64,000 nt of DNA from Cetorhinus maximus (lineage: Eukaryota). The position numbers and the translations under genes are program-made. Shown here one piece after another: positions 11,641-23,560 of this stretch. How positions within the stretch are numbered: position 1 is the stretch's first letter; the number at the start of each line of letters is the position of its first letter. Under the pieces are notes generated by a model. It made no database searches. It was not told where the DNA came from and saw only the letters and a list, made by a program, of their open reading frames with translations. The stretch covers positions 10,044,001 through 10,108,000 of the forward strand of contig NC_135908.1 in the NCBI RefSeq assembly GCF_964194155.1, read 5' to 3'.

Positions 11641-13384
11641 CTGTAACAAGAAACAGCGTCAATAGAAACATAGAAACTAGGAGCAGGCCATTCGGCCCTT
11701 CGAGCCTTCTCCGACATTCAATATGATCATGGCTGATCATCCAACTCAATAGCCTGCTCCCGCTTTCTCCCCATACCCTTTGATCCCTTTTGCCCCAAGA
11801 GCTAAGATTCCAGCCTCGAGGAAACTGACCACCTCCAGCCTTGGACACAGGGAGCCCTCTGACCACCCCCCCACCCCCCACCGCAAGTCCTGGGATCACC
11901 CGCAGCCCAAGTCTGAATCTCCTGCACTAATTATCACCTCCCACCTCCCCCCCACACTCCCCAGTGTCACTCCAAGAATGGCTCAAACAGTCAGATAATC
12001 AAATCGCCCATCAAATCAGCTCCATTCAAAACACAGGTCCTGCTTTATAACTCAAATACAGCACATCGTGTTGCCATGGTTATTGGCAATGTCTTACAAT
12101 GTGGTGTTGCTATGGTTACGTGCTATATCTGCGCAAATAGAGATTCTTAACCAAACAAGCTCTATATATCTGTGTGTTCAGGGGGCCATTTGAACATCTG
12201 CTGATGATCAGCAGGTTTGTCGGTTTAGTCCTCCATTTGGGTTTTTCAGACCTGTGCAAATTTCACTAAAACATTTCAAACTCTTGAGGACAAGAGCAAA
12301 TTTCAGGAGCCCAGCCATGAAAAAGCTTGTCCCCTTTAACTGGATCCCCGATTATTCCCTTTCAGTCTCTCTCCTCACAAACAAATCCAATGCTCTCTTT
12401 AGCCCATGACCCCTCTCCTTCAACCAACATTTCACAAGGAGCTCTCTTTTTTAATTAATTCATGGGATGTGGACGTCACTGGCCAGGCCAGCATTTATTG
12501 CCCTTGTTCAGAGGGCCTTTTAAGAGTCAACCACATTGCTGTGGGTCTGGAGTCACATGTAGGCCAGACCAGGTAAGGACAGCAGATTTCCTTCCTCACC
12601 TCCATTTTTAATCTACATCCTCTTGGATTCTGAAGTCTTCATGAACAGGTCGTCTGTAGCAGTGTTGCAAATTATATTAATAATCATAAAAATTTTGATT
12701 CGATCCCCTCCTCAGGACCAACAGTGGGAGCCTAGGCACTATGACTATTCCATCACGTGAGGCATCACAACCAACCTGATCAGGTCCTCACCAAATCTCC
12801 GCACTTTCTAAAAAGAAGCACTAGATAGAGGTCATTCCTGGCCGATCTTAAAACCCCCTCTCCATCCAGGGCACTGAGGCCAACTCTCCAGTCCCGAGTT
12901 CAGGAGCCTCAGCACCAGACAGGGATTGTGATCAGAGTCACAAGGCACATCTCACACTCACACACAGCCCAGAAACTTAGATACAGAATCCAAATCCCAC
13001 ACATGTCACACCACACAACAGAGCACAGCCAACCCTGGGCACACACACACACACATAGAGGGGCAGAGTGGGGTGGGGAATGAGGCAGAGACAGGGGAAG
13101 ACAAAGAGAGAGAGAGAGAGAGAAACAGAGACACAGGGTCAGGGACACACGGGGAATTCCCTCTCGGATACTGGGGATAAGGGGAGAGGGAGCCCGGGCT
13201 CCCCGGGGTGGGGGGGGGGAGGTGCAGAATCAGAGGTGATGCTGTCACAGTTGAATAGGAACAGTGTAGGCTCTCCAGAGAATCTGCACCGTGTTTAAAT
13301 GGCCAAACCGGACGGCCCCATTAACAGAAGCTGCAGGGAATCAGCCCCAGAATAGAGGCCGGGACGACCCCCCACCCCAGGGGC

Positions 13385-13670
13385 CTCTCCCCCCCCCCCC
13401 CCGGGTCTGTCTCCCCCCCCCCCCGGTCTGTCTCTCCCCCCCCCCCGGGTCTGTCTCTCCCCCCCCCCCCCGGGTCTGTCTCTCCCCCCCCCCCCCGGGT
13501 CTGTCTCTCCCCCCCCCCCGGGTCTGTCTCTCCCCCCCCCCCCCGGGTCTGTCTCTCCCCCCCCCCCCCGGGTCTGTCTCTCCCCCCCCCCCCCGGGTCT
13601 GTCTCTCCCCCCCCCCCCCGGGTCTGTCTCTCCCCCCCCCCCCCCGGGTCTGTCTCTCCCCCCCCCCCGG
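13385..13670. repeat. ~23-25-bp repeat CCGGGTCTGTCTCT(C)n, G-rich on the SNX22 transcript
   Basis: About 12 copies with variable C-run length, abutting the exon 1 donor. Confidence 0.93.
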
Positions 13671-13676
13671 ACTCAC

Positions 13677-13742
13677 CGTGTGAACTTTCTCCGAGTCTGT
13701 AGCCGCCTCTTGGCCGATGGACGGGATCCGGATCTGGATCAT
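13677..13742 (-). CDS. SNX22: Sorting nexin 22 (SNX22/SNX24 PX-only family), exon 1: MIQIRIPSIGQEAATDSEKVHT
   Basis: ATG at 13742, 22 codons, donor GTGAGT; resembles the recalled human SNX22 N-terminus (MLEVHIPSVGPEAE...EKSHM). Confidence 0.85.
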
Positions 13743-13802
13743 CCCGAGCGGCTCCGGGACTCAATGTTTCCAAGTCGGAGAAAGAAAAACCAGCCCCGCC
13801 TC

Positions 13803-15560
13803 CTGGAGCCGGGCCAAACCCGGACTGAATGTGAGCGAGAGCCGGACTGGACTCGGGCTGGAGCCGGACTGGACCCGGGCTGGAGCCGGACTGGAGCCGG
13901 GCTGGACCCGGACTGGACCCGGGCTGAACCCGGACTGGACCCGGGCTGAACCCGGACTGGACCCGGGCCAAACCTGGACTGAATGTGAGCGAGAGCCGGA
14001 CTGGAGCCGGACTGGACTCGGGCTGGAGCCGGACTGGACCCGGGCTAGAGCCGGACTGAACCCGGGCCAAACCCGGACTCAATGTGAGCGAGTGCCGGAC
14101 TGGAGCCGGACTGGACTCGGGCTGGAGCCGGACTGGAGCCGGACTGGACTCGGGCTGGAGCCGGACTGGACCCGGGCTAGAGCCGGACTGAACCCGGGCC
14201 AAACCCGGACTGAATGTGAGCGAGAGCCGGACTGGAGCCGGACTGGACCCGGGCTGGAGCCGGACTGGACCCGGGCTGAACCCGGACTGGACCCGGGCCA
14301 AACCCGGACTCAATGTGAGCTAGAGCCGGACTGGAGCCGGACTGGACCCGGGCCAAACCCGGACTGAATGTGAGCGAGAGCCGGACTGGACCCGGACTGG
14401 ACTCGGGCTGGAGCCGGACTGGACCCGGGCTAGAGCCGGACTGGAGCCGGACTGGACTCGGGCTGGAGCCGGACTGGACCCGGGCTAGAGCCGGACTGGA
14501 GCCGGACTGGACTCGGGCTGGAGCCGGACTGGACCCGGGCTAGAGCCGGACTGGAGCTGGGCTAGAGCCGGACTGGACCCGGACTGGACCTGGGCTAGAG
14601 CCGGACTGGACCCGGACTGGACCCGGACTAGAGCTGGACTGGACCCGGACTGGACCCGGACTGGAGCCGGGCTAGAGCCGGACTGGAGCCGGGCTAGAGC
14701 CGGACTGGACCCGGGCTGGAGCCGGACTGAACCCGGACTGGACCCGGACTGAACCCGGACTGGACCCGGGCTAGAGCCGGACTGGACCCGGACTGGACCC
14801 GGGCTGGAGCCGGACTGGACCCGGGCTAGAGCCGGACTGGACCCGGACTGAACCCGGACTGGACCCGGGCTAGAGCCGGACTGGAGCCGGACTAGAACCG
14901 GACTGGAACCGGGCTAGAGCCGGACTGAACCCGGACTGAACCCGGACTGGACCCGGACTGGACCCGGGCTAGAGCCGGACTGGACCCGGACTGAACCCGG
15001 ACTGGACCTGGGCTAGAGCCGGACTGAACCCGGACTGGATCCGGACTAGAGCCGGACTGAACCCGGGCTAGAGCCGGACTGGACCCGGACTGGACCCGGG
15101 CTAGAGCCGGACTGAACCCGGACTGGACCCGGACTAGAGCCGGACTGAACCCGGGCTAGAGCCGGACTGGACCCGGGCTAGAGCCGGACTGAACCCGGAC
15201 TGGACCCGGGCTAGAGCCGGACTGGACCCGGACTAGAGCCGGACTGGACCCGGGCTAGAGCCGGACTGGACCCAGACTGGACCCGGACTAGAGCCGGACT
15301 GGACCCGGACTGGACCCGGGCTAGAGCCGGACTGAACCCAGACTGAACCCGGGCTAGAGCCGGACTGAACCCGGGCTAGAGCCGGACTGAACCCAAACCC
15401 GGACTGGACCCGGGCTAGAGCCGGACTGAACCCGGACTGAACCTGGGCTAGAGCCGGACTGAACCCGGACTGAACCCGGACTGGAGCCGGACTGAACCCG
15501 GACTGAACCCGGACTGAACCCGGACTGGAGCCGGACTGAACCCGGACCCGGACCCGGACC
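13803..15560. repeat. CpG-rich 10-bp-periodic compound minisatellite (CCGGACTGGA / CCCGGGCTAG / CCGGACTGAA) upstream of the SNX22 ATG
   Basis: Direct inspection; ~1.75 kb. Confidence 0.95.
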
Positions 15561-16209
15561 AGGCTGGTATCCAGCAGCGCAGAAAGTTTCCAAACTCCAG
15601 GCAAAAATTGATTGGAAGTTGCAGGATCCAGTCTCCTGCTGTGAAATTTCAGCCTCTGGTGGTTCAAAACTTTAAATATTCTGGCTCACCAAAACCGGGT
15701 CCATTACATTATTGAAGAGAGAGAGCAGCAATGTTTATGCTGAGGGTCAGTTCAAACTGTCCAGACTGGCAGAGATTGATGGTGGGAAGGAGCGTGGTGG
15801 TGGGGTACAGTAGTTGCTCGAATAGAAAGCCTGAATGGTCTCCCCCTTGTTCCTGTGAATGTCTCTGCTCCTGTCTCTGTCCTGTGGTCAAATCACTGCC
15901 CAAATCTACTCATCATGTGACGCCTGTGTCCTGGTCAAGTATCCTGCAAACACTTGCTACCACATCTGAGACTGGAAGAACTTTGATCGGAGGAGGAGTG
16001 TCTGCTGTTTGTACAAGGAACCCAACGAGAGTCAATGTGTTCCGGAGAAACAGAAGTTCCCTTCTTAAAACTAAAGACAGGTGAAACTTACAGGGGGCGC
16101 GAACGCTGTGTTTTCTGGGAATAAGAGGATGGGGTGGAGATAGGGAAAGGCTTCACTATTATTTCTAAGAATCAATATAAAGTGTTTTCACACAGTGATC
16201 AGCGAGTAT

Positions 16210-18055
16210 ATCCCTATATGCCTTAATACCTTTGTTAACAAAAATCTATCAATCACAGATTTAAAATTAACAGATGATTTAGCATCAATTGCTATTAACT
16301 GATAAGAGTTCCAAACTACCACCCTTCATGGGAAGATTTCACTCCTGAAAGTCTGGCTCTAATTCTTAGGCTGTACCCCTTTTCCCCTTAGTCCTAGACT
16401 CCCCAACCAGCAGAAGTTTGTTTCTCTCTAGCTATCAGTTTCCCTCAGTATCTTGAAAACTTTGATCAAATCACCCCCTTAACCTTCTAAATTTCCTGGG
16501 AATATAATCCTAGTTTATGTAATCGCTGCTCATAATTTAATCCTTGGTCTCCAGGTATCATTCTGATAAATCTGCACTGCACTGCACTGCACTGCACTCC
16601 AAGGCCACTTTATATCCTTCCTAAAATGTGACCCTATGCTTGCTCTAACCACAGTTTTGTATAAGTTCATCATGATTTCTACTCACTTGTATTACAATGC
16701 CCCAGGTATAAAAACAAGCATTCAATTATCCTTTTTGATTTTTTTTCCCCCCTGTATCTGTTCATCACATTTTAATGGTCTCCTGTTCTACCCTTTTTAG
16801 TTCCAAACTGGATGACCTCGCAATTGCTCACACTGAAATCCATTTGCCACAGTTTTGCCCATTCATTTAATCTATCACTGTCCCTTTGGAATCCCGAGCT
16901 TCCATCTACAATGCCGCCTATCTTTTTGTCATTAGCAAATTGGATATGTGGCTTTCTATCCCCATCATCTAAGATGGTTGTTAATAAATATGGAAAACAG
17001 TTGAGGTCATTGTGGGACAACACATGCTACCCATTAGAATACCTGCCAATTATCCTTACTCTGCAGCAGCCGGTGAAACATGGCCAATTTGGCTGTGTCT
17101 CAATCACCTCAGGACTGGTGTCCACTTCTACAAAGCCCTTATACAGAAGTGGGGATATAGTCACGAGAAATTCTGTTGACTGTGCCCGTGCAGTGGCATC
17201 CCAAATGATGAAACAGCCCCTAGAATTACCAGAGCCACGTAGCCCTGAAGATCTCAACTCTCAGCCAGAGCCTGTGTGGAACAATAGCGAGGGAGGTGGA
17301 GCGACATGACAAGGAGACTCTCCTTCTGCTCAGCCAATTTCCTAACTAGGTCAATAATTTTCTTCAATTCTGTGACCTTTAACTAACAGTCTCTTTTGGG
17401 GGGTTTTGTCAACTGCCTTCTGGGCATCCACATAAATAGCGTCCATAGTCATTTAGTTCTGATGAAGAGTCATATGGACCCGAAACGTTAACTCTGTCTT
17501 CCTCCTCACAGATGCTGTCAGACCTGCTGAGTTTTTCAGGCAATTTTTGTTTTTGTTTCAGATTTCCAGCATCCACAGTATTTTGCTTTTATTTTTTTTC
17601 CATAGTCATTTCCCTGTCCACTACTTTAATCACCTCTCCAAAAATTCAGCCACATTCATTAAGCATGAGCTACCCAAATCTGCACTGGCTCTCTCAGATC
17701 AGCTAAAAAAATTTAAAGATGTTCAGTCACCCTATCCTAATCAATCCTTAAGCTGCCTGAGGCCCAAGCTCTGGAATTCCCTCCCTAAACCTCCACCTCT
17801 CTACTTTCCTCCTTTTAACACACTCCTTAAAAACATTACTCCTTGACCAGGCTTTTGGTCATCTACCTTAATATCTGCTCATGTGGCTCAGTGTCATATC
17901 TTGTTTTATAATGCTCCTGTGAAGCACCTTGGGGTACTTCATTCTATTAAAGGCACTATATAAATACAAGTTGTTGTTGATTATACACTCCAGTAGTTTC
18001 CCTAAAACAGATGTTAGCTTTACTGGTTTATAATTCCCTGGTTTCCCTCCCTCAC
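16210..18055 (-). mobile_element. Fragmented CR1 RT/3' region with several nested inserts
   Basis: FANDKKIGG...LNEWAKLWQMDFSVSNCEVI and PGNYKPVKLTSVLGKLLE remnants. Confidence 0.7.
17455..17592. mobile_element. Penelope-like terminal repeat fragment; other copies at about 180-272, 45352-45625 and 58785-58840
   Basis: Recurrent motif AAAACTCAGCAGGTCTGGCAGCATC...GTTAACGTTTCG; family name from recall only. Confidence 0.5.
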
Positions 18056-18230
18056 TTCTGTCGCCAACTGTCTGCTTTTGTTTCTGCTTTGACTTGTTTG
18101 AAGGGGGAGAAATGAGGGGATGGCAATAGGGCTTGGTACTATAGGCAGAAGGGAGAGAGAGAGAGAGAGAGAGAGAGGAGGGGGGGACAGCGCAAAAAAC
18201 AGACTGCAGAAGTGGAGAGAGGGTATATCT

Positions 18231-21163
18231 TTTTTTATTCATTCACGGGATGTGGGCTTCACTGAGAAGGTGGTGGTGAGCTGCATTCTTGAACCGCTGC
18301 TGTCCAAGTGGTGTACATCTCCACAGAGATGTTAGGGAGGGAGTTCCAGGATTTTGACCCAACAACAGTGAAGGAACGGCGATATATTTCCAAGTCAGGA
18401 TGGTGAATGACTTGAGGGGAACTTCCAGGTGGTGGTGTTCCTATCTATCTGCTGCCCTTGTCCTTCTAGATGGTAGTGGTTGTGGGTTTGGAAGGTGCTG
18501 TCGAAGGACCCTTGGTGAATTCCTGCAGTGCATTTTGTAGATGGTACACACTACTGCTACTGTGCGTCGGTGGTGGAGGAAGTGAATGTTTGTGGATGTG
18601 GTGCCAATCAAGCAGGCTGTTTTGTCCTGGACGGTGTCAAACTTCTTGAGTGTTGTGGGAGCTGCACTCATCCAGGCAAGTGGGGACTATTCCATCACAC
18701 TCCTGACTTGTGCCTTGTAGATGGTGGATGGGCTTTGGGGAGTCAGGAAGTGAGTTACTCATCGCATGATTCCTAGGCTCTGACCTGCTCTTGTAGCCAC
18801 AGCATTTGTATGGCTAGTCCAGCTCAGTTTCTGGTCAATGGTAACCTTCAGGATGTTGATAGTGGGGGATTCAGTGATGGTAATGCCATTGAACATCAAG
18901 GGGTGATGACTGGATTCTCTCTTGATGGAGATGGTCATTGCCTGACACTTGTATGGTGCAAATGTTACTTGCCACTTGTCAGCCCAAGCCTCCAGGTCTC
19001 GTTACATTTGGACATAGACTACTTCAGTATCTGAGGAGTCGCAAATGGTGCTGAACATTGTGCAATCATCAGCAAACATCCCCATTCTGACTTTATGATG
19101 GAAGGAAGGTCACTGATGAAGCAGCTGAAGATTGCTGGGCCAAGGACACTACCCTGAGGAACTCCTGCAGTGATGTCCTGGAGCTGAGATGACTGACCTC
19201 CAACAACCACAGCTATCTTCCTTTGTGCTAGGTATGATTCCAAACAGCAGAGAGTTTCCCCCATATTCCTATTGACTCCAGTTTTGCTAGGGCTCCTTGA
19301 TGCTACACTTGGACAAATGCTGCCTTGATGTCAAGGGAGTCACCTCAGGAGTTCAGCTCTTTTGTCCATGTTTGAACCAAGGCTGTAATGAGGTCAGGAG
19401 CTGAGTGGCCCTGGCGGAACCCAAACTGGGCGTCAGTGAGCAGATTATTGCTAAGTAAGTGCCGCTTGATAGCACTGTTGATGATCCCTTCCATTACTTT
19501 ACTGATGATCGAGAGTAGACTGATGGGGCAATAATTGGCCAGGTTGGATTTGTCCTGCTTTTTGTGTATGGGACATACCTGGGCAATTTTCCACATAGCC
19601 AGGTAGATGCCAGTGTTGTAGCTGTACTGGAACAGCTTGGCTAGGGGCACGGCAAGTTCTGGAGCACAAGTCTTCAGTACTATTGCTGGAATATGGTCAG
19701 GGCCCATAGCCTTTGTAGTATCCAGTGCCTTCAGCTGTTACTTGAAATCACGTGGAATGAATCGAATTGGCTGAAGACTGGCATCTGTGATGCTGGGGAC
19801 CTCCGGAGGAGGCCGAGATGGATCATCCACTCAGCACTTCTGGCTGAATATTGTAGCAAATGCTTCAGCCTTACCCTCTGCACTGATGTGCTGGGCTCCT
19901 CCATCATTGAAGATGGGGATACTCCTCCAGTGAGTTGTTTAATTGTCTACCACCATTCACGACTGCAGATCTTAGATCTGATCCATTAGTTGTGGGATTG
20001 CTTAGCCCTTAGCAATGGTAATGCCATTGAACATCAAGGGGTGATGCCAAACAGCATAAGCATCAAGTAGTCCTGTGTTATAACTTCACCAGGTTGATAC
20101 CTCATTTTTAGGTGTGCTGCTCCTAGCTTGCCCTCCTGCATTCTTCATTGAACCAGGGTTGATCCCCTGGCTTGATGGTAATGGTAGAGTGGGGGATATG
20201 CGGGGCCATGAGGTTACAGATTGTGTTGGGAGTATAATTCTGCTGCTGCTGATGGCCCACAGTGCCTCAAGGATGCCCAGTCTTGAGTTATTAGATCTGT
20301 TCGAAATCTATCCCATTTAGCACGGCGGTAGTGCCACAAAACACAATGGAGAGTAAAATCAATGTGAAGGCGGGACATCATCTCCACAATGACTGTGCGG
20401 CGGTCACTACCACCAATATTGTCATGGACAGATGCATCTGCAGCAGGCAGGTTGGTGAAGATGAGGTCAAGTATGTTTTTCCCTCTTGTTGGTTCCCTCC
20501 CCACCTGCTGCAGACCTAGTCTAGCAGCTATGTCATTTAGGACTCGGCCAGCTCGGTCAGTGGTGGTGCTACTGAGCCACTCTTATTGATGGACATTGAA
20601 GTCCCCCACCCAGAGTACATTCTGCACCCTTGCCACCCTCAGTGCTTCCTCCAAGTGGTATTTGACGTGGAGGAACACTGATTCATCAGCTGAGGGAGGG
20701 CGGTATGTGGTAATCAGCAGGATGTTTTCTTGCCCATGTTTGACCTGATGCCAAGAGACTTCATGGAGTCCGGAGTCGATGTTGAGGACTCCCTCCTGAC
20801 TGTATACCACTGTGCCACCAGCTCTGCTGGATCTGTCCTGCTGGTGTCACAGGACATACCCAGGGATGGTGACGGTGGTGTCTGGGACATTATCTGTAAG
20901 GTATGATTCCGTGAGGATGACTATGTCAGGCTGTTGCTTGACTAGTCTGAGACAGCTCTCCCAATTTAGGCGCTAGCCCCCAGATGTTAGTAAGGAGGAC
21001 TTTGCAGGATCGACAGGGCTGAGTTTGCTGTTGTCACTTGCAGTGCCTAGGCCGATACCAGGTGATCCGTCCAGTTTCATTCCTATTTTGTGACTTTGTA
21101 GTGGTTCGATACAACTGAGTGCCTTGCTAGGCCATGCCAGAGGGCATGTAAAAGTCAATCACA
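18231..21163 (-). mobile_element. Degenerate ~2.9-kb CR1-clade LINE with APE endonuclease and RT remnants and a 3' tail
   Basis: Fragments YRPPS...VGDFN, EPTRGKNILDL, GPDHIP, QFGFRQGHS and [10 protein letters not shown], with frameshifts and stops. Confidence 0.9.
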
Positions 21164-23487
21164 TACCCTATCTATATTTTGAGAAGCAGACTGTGGAAGG
21201 AGAATGCAGAAAAAGACAGAAGGGACAGGGAGAGGCAGAAATACAGACAGGCCAGAGGAGGCAGTTGAGAAGGATCTGATTCAGCTTTTCATCAACAATA
21301 TAAGATATATAATTCTACTATTCTACTTTGAGAAAATAAGAAGCATTCATCCAGCATTAATAATAATTTAAATACAAAAAAACACTTTCAATCAGAGAGT
21401 CCAATTTAGAATGTAATTAAACTATTTCTATAAAGGTTACATGCATTTTTCAATTTGCATGTCCAACTTACAAATGAAACAATAAGATTAATGGGGACAG
21501 TTCTAAAGCTGAAAAAGCTTTGTTTGTTTGTCTGAAAGACTTGATGTTACACCAGTGTCACAATTAAAAGGATAAAATTCTTCTAGGATCAGCTGTCTGA
21601 ACCCCAACACCCCATCCGGGCTCCGTGTAGGTTCGCCCAACCCCAACACCCCATTCGGACTGTGTGTGCATCTGTCCAATCCGGCAGTTTATGAATATCA
21701 TTCAAGACAAATTTTTTTTAAGGTCAGTAAAAAGAGAAGACATCAAACGATGTAGACAAATAAAAGGGAGATCACTGGACACCAGTCAATTTTTATTAGC
21801 CAGCAATTAAGTATATTAGGGGGCAGTTAGAGGGAGATTTTTAAATAGCACGAAGGTTATTGCAGAATGGATGTCAATATTTAAGATTAGATTGGGGAGG
21901 TGAATGGACACAGAAACAGGGTGGGTAAATATTATAAATATTTGCTATTGTGGAAGGTAAACACCAAACTGATTGGACCAAAAATTTCAGTATTGTATCT
22001 TTTAAGTATTTCTATGAAAGTAAATAACAAGGGACATTGAAAGGTGCCCTATATAAGCAACTAGTGTTTCACCCAGTATTTTCCTGTCAACATGTAGCAG
22101 CTCAGTATCCTGGCAACAGCCAGACTGATTTTAAACACTATTTGTGAGCCATTACTCAGTCTGTGGCAGAGAGTTCGTAGCAGGCGTCAGCAACATGGGG
22201 ATAATCATTAGTCTCAGCACTTGAGGAAAGGGTATGAGGCAAAATTCACCCAGGGTTCCTGATCACTATACAGCAACTCCTGCAACAATCCAAGTACAGG
22301 GGCACCCAGTGAGTTACAGGCTGGGGCTGGGTGATGGCTTCTCCACCTTATCCAATGATCTGCCAAATCTAGGATGAGGTTTAAATGACCCAAGGTGAGG
22401 TAACCAAGAACTGGCAGTTCCCTCAAGGAACCTCAGTGCAGTATCATGGAGGAGGAGAAAAATGTATTTTTGGAAAGGGCAAGTGTTCATAAACTTACTG
22501 AGTAAATCAGCATTTGATTGTGATTTCGGGTGAATCGATCGGTGGTGAATGAGTAGTCGTAATGAATCAGAGAAAGCGAGGCACTCAGTATCAACTTCAG
22601 ACAGCTTCTCTTTGAAGGGAAGAGAGACAAATCTTCCTTTTCTCCTTACAACTCGGGAATGGAATCTCATGGATCACTGGTTGCACAGAAACTGCTACAA
22701 GAAATTGCAGTACAAAATGGAAATCTGCATGGTGTGTAGCCAATTACTGCCCCTCTTTCTCCAAATAACTGTATCCCTGAGACATTAGCAGCAAAGTGTT
22801 TGTACTATATTAGTTGCCGAGTGCTTAGGTTTCAGACAAGTCTTTGTGAAAAAGCATTTGTAAAATATTTTGAGTAAAAACCAGAGCAGTAAAAAATGTA
22901 TCAATGACATCAATCTGGCTCTCATAATTGAGCTGGCTCTATGCAAATAAAACACTAGGTTAGTGTACACAGGAAAAAGCCCAGAACAAGCTCATGTGTA
23001 CAGGACAATGGGGTTACTGTACACCCCAGTGACTACACTGCATACTCCATAGTGTAGCGGAGGGGGAAAATGCACAGATGGGAGGGGGCTGCAGAGGGCT
23101 GGACACACAGGAAGTCTCTGCGCTCATCTAACATTATTTCCAGAAGGAATGTTTAAAAAACTCTTATCCTAGTTCCCTTAGCCAGAGGGAAGTTGGGTGT
23201 CTAGTGATTAAACAGATTACTGCAATGGGTAACCAGACTGTCACATCAGCAAACTCCACTTCCCTTTTCCAATCTTGTTAAAATCACCAACTCGATAAAA
23301 ATACATCATTGGTACTTATGATGCTGCACACACACCATTCCCTACCCCCTCCATCCACATTCCCACCCATCTCTCAATTCCCTAAGAGCTTTGCACACTT
23401 AACTGAGGATTAAGCATTGACCAATTGTAATGATGACTAATTATGAGCATCTCAATCCACAGACATCTACTGGAGGCATCAGAGAGG

Positions 23488-23560
23488 TGTCAGCTGTGGC
23501 TCAGTTCATAGCACCCACGCCTTTGAATCAGAAGGTTGTGGGTTCATGTCCCACTCCCGG
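23488..23560 (+). mobile_element. tRNA-derived SINE head
   Basis: TGGCTCAGTT A box and GGTTCATGTCCC B-box-like motif. Confidence 0.55.

Noticed and set aside
1485-13742. Assignment as SNX24
   Set aside because: PDFP, LEAY and GVLQGLY motifs, the extended C-terminus and the position downstream of SNX1 fit SNX22 better
13291-15667. Pro/Gly/Ser-rich ORFs up to 330 aa
   Set aside because: Artefacts of GC-rich repeats; only 13677-13742 has homology and a splice donor
23488-23560. Possible tRNA gene (also at about 51953-52040 and 60355-60425)
   Set aside because: Only degenerate A/B boxes and no convincing cloverleaf; interpreted as SINE heads
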